This document shows, one piece after another, positions 61,101 to 64,000 of a DNA stretch of 64,000 bases. How positions within the stretch are numbered: position 1 is the stretch's first letter; every line of letters begins with the position of its first letter. A model generated the notes under the pieces. It was not told the origin of the DNA, made no database searches, and worked only from the letters and a program-made list of their open reading frames with translations. Origin of the DNA: Yuukianura sp. NJ FZ-2021 (lineage: Eukaryota); NCBI GenBank assembly GCA_046563655.1, contig CM102285.1:13578001-13642000 (forward strand), given 5' to 3'. Made by a program: the position numbers and the translations under genes.

Positions 61101-64000
61101 AATTGGCGAAAGTTTGGTGTTTGTTTTTCGTTTTGTTGTTTTTTGTTCAAAAGTTTGACACTTTGATTTAAAGTTTGTAAATTAAGACGTTGTTACTTGA
61201 AATCGTAAACATGTCAGGTCATTTCGCAACAGATTTTAAGAAATCCCGCGCTTTTTGTGTTTTTGCAAATTGTTTCAACCATAAAATTGCTGAAAGTCAC
61301 AGTTCAGCAGGAGTCCTTTGACAGGAGGGATGACAGTTTAAGGCAGCGTCCAGGAAGAAGTTATCAAGTGACATGACTTGGTTAGGAATTTTAGGGAGCC
61401 TTTTTGTGTTTAAGTTGAAAGCAGAAGGTGTCCTGGAGTGAGTCCATGGATACCTTAAGGGCTCAAGGCTTTGAAGGCGCGAAGGGCTCTCCTCTGGAAT
61501 CCCTTAAGTGCACCAGCCCTCCAGGGTTCAAACAGAGACAGGCCTTATTGTTCTTTTGACGAAGAAGAAGACTTTACACTTTCAGAAAATTTCAAAAGTT
61601 TTATTTGCTGTAGTACAGAAAAAGTCAAAACATGAGAAAAAGTCAAGAGCACCTTATGTAGTACTTCTTTTCAAAATTTTGAACAAAAGCATTTTTCAAC
61701 TTTTCAAAAAGGTGATTCAGAAATCATCTCCCTCTCGCCCAAATTGGACTTTTAAAGTAGTAAGATGTTCAAAAGGTGTCAAAAAATGTTGGAGTCACCT
61801 AAGTGGTTCTGATTTTTTGTGTTAATTGAAATTAACACCATGAGATGAGCACTTTTCACCTCAAAAAAAAATTCAGAAAAAGAGATTTTCAAAATTTTGA
61901 AGATTGAAGTCTATAGAGCAGCAAGCCAAAGAGTTCTTGTCTAAATTTCAATCTTTTGAAAATCTTTCTCCCTTTTTGTGTTAGGAATTTGAACAATTTT
62001 TGAAGATCAGAGCGTCTCCACTGTAAAAACTGAAACTCAAATCCATCACACCGTTTTTCTGGATGCTCAAATTCAATCTGTCAGATTTTTCAAGTGAATC
62101 TGTCTTCTTCATCTCCTAAAAAGTTTGAAGATGCAACTTACATTTAACTTAACAAAACTAAAGTCACCAACCTCATCCCTCATCCGCCTCCGTCAAATTC
62201 CAAGATCAATTCCACTTCCCAAGGTTTTGAAGGGCTCAAAGGATGCCGAAAACATCTTCATTGGGCACTTGGATTTCTCTTTTTTTGTGCTTTCTAAGGG
62301 CTCCGATTTGTTTTTAAAAAGGCTTTGTCTCCCTCATTTTCTAAGACTTTGAGACAACCATCTCGTGGCCTGGATTTAGAATTAAGGAGGAGTTTTTGGA
62401 AAGTTTTTTTTAGAAAGAGTTTGAAATGTATTGAAAATGAGATTGAAATCTTATTCATTTGTTTTTTCTGAATTCTGGAGAATTTGTGGTGGTCGAAGGC
62501 GTGTTTGAGTTTTTTGGGCAGAGGAAGGGGTGTTTTGTTAGTTTTTTCGATGGGAACGGATCTTCGGTTCCAAAAGAAAGCCGCAGGAAGTGGAGATTTG
62601 TGAAACGAACCGAAGCCGACTGGCGGTTCGACTTCTATTGTGTTACTCTCGACATTGTTTTCTGGAAGGGTGAAAGCAAATTGCTCAAACAATTGAAATT
62701 CAAACGGCTGAAACTTTTTGTTTTCAAAATTTCAAGAAAAAAAAATTGAGGATGTTGCCTGACTTTTGGCTTGGTTTTGCTCACTCGATTGAGCGCCGTT
62801 TTTTGCAGAATTTTGCACAACTAATCAGTGTTGGCGAAAAAGTGCGAAAGTTTAGGATATTTTTTTTGCATTTTTTGAAGTTTTGGTTTTTCTTGACTTT
62901 TCGTTTTAATTTTTTGAAATGAGCTTTGACCAAGGGCCTGGTTGGGGGTACTGAAATTGCTGCTTCTGGATTTTTGGAAAAGGAGATTTTAGAAAAGATG
63001 TTTTGTGGTGGACGAAGGGCTCCCCTTGTACCTTGGACTCAAAGTCATCATATTAAAGGGCTCTCTTTTCCTTACATCTTCTTCTTCTTGACTTTAAGGA
63101 CTCGTAGGATCCCTTTTTAGAAAATGTGTTGGTGACTATGGGTGTGTTGTTTTGTACATTTCTAGAAAGAGGACAATGGAACCATCAGATAACCAACACC
63201 AAACCACCACCCACGATACTAAAATCACAATGACTTCCATTCACAAGTCAAATCCCTAGCAAAAAGGAAACCACTTAACATCTTTCCAAAATTTTACCAA
63301 TTTTATACAAAACGAAATTTTTTGAAAAGTCGCTTCAAAACACTTCACGGGAAGTTAAGGCTTAAGGGGTAAAATTTTGAAAGTCAAATAATTTTGTGTA
63401 CACAAAAATTTCAAAGTTTTCCATCCGAAATAATTAATTTTCTCTTTTCAAGGTTACCTTATAATATTTACATAGTTATCAATGATCCTACTCCGTTGCA
63501 TTGCTTTTCAAAAGTTCGTATTTTTGAGATCTAATTTTCTTTTTTGAAAATTTTTTAAAATTTTCATTCTTTGTATAGATGGGCTTATGAGTCAAAATTT
63601 TGATTTGGACAAGGAAATTGAAGCTTGAAGGGCCTTTTTGAGATGTGAAGGGGGCCCTTTGTTTTCCTCTTTTTCGAAGAAGTTTTGAGGAAGTATGAGT
63701 AAGTGGTGGGTGGATAATCTTTGAAAGCAGAGGGTGAGAAATGGTCCAAAAGTTGACTTCTGGGTGGAATTGTGGGGGCCCTTTTAGTGCACACAACAAT
63801 AGGCCTTTTAAGGGCCCTCTCCAGTTGGAGGTGTGGAATTTCTCGACTTTTTCCAAAGATTCGAATCTTTGAGAAGAGCAGAAAGCCTTAAGAAGCCTTA
63901 GAAGGGCCCCCTTACCTGCCTCAACGTCTCTATTGTTCTGGACGTCTCAGTTTAGTTGCCCAAAATGGCTCCATTAAGACCCTTGACCAAAGGACCCACA

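Noticed and set aside
42700..64000. Conserved arthropod miRNAs (let-7 cluster, bantam, miR-8 and others) or snRNA/RNase P genes in the non-coding region
   Set aside because: No mature sequence or conserved box was recognised by eye. An Rfam or miRBase search is needed to exclude them formally.

Overview
Eukaryotic, intron-rich genomic DNA from an arthropod. Short 60-100 bp GT-AG introns and the ecdysone-cascade gene E75 point to a compact pancrustacean or basal-hexapod genome; a springtail is my guess, not established. The window has three zones. (1) ~1.7-18.4 kb, minus strand: the heme-binding nuclear receptor E75 (NR1D). It has 8 shared coding exons, at least five phase-compatible alternative first coding exons (one giving a DBD-less isoform), and a four-copy fixed-spacing RORE+EcRE composite element in an intron. 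(2) ~19.8-42.4 kb: a dense block of ten genes: NSUN5, Mlc1, UQCRB, DPH2, RPLP1, mRpL45, RCC2, an N-terminally truncated MKS1 with an X-box, mRpS17 and FCP1/CTDP1, followed by a divergent CENP-L-like gene. FCP1 intron 1 holds a candidate nested antisense small-ORF gene with a TATA promoter. (3) ~43-64 kb: the 5' part of a large plus-strand gene missed by the ORF track. Its 46-nt first coding exon encodes the NuRD-recruiting motif MSRRKQAKPR (ZNF423/521-Oaz or spalt type), and its introns carry 12 COE/EBF-type TCCCNNGRGA sites. No prokaryotic features, CRISPR arrays, rRNA genes or intact tRNAs were seen. All exon models and protein similarities were derived by eye, without database searches.
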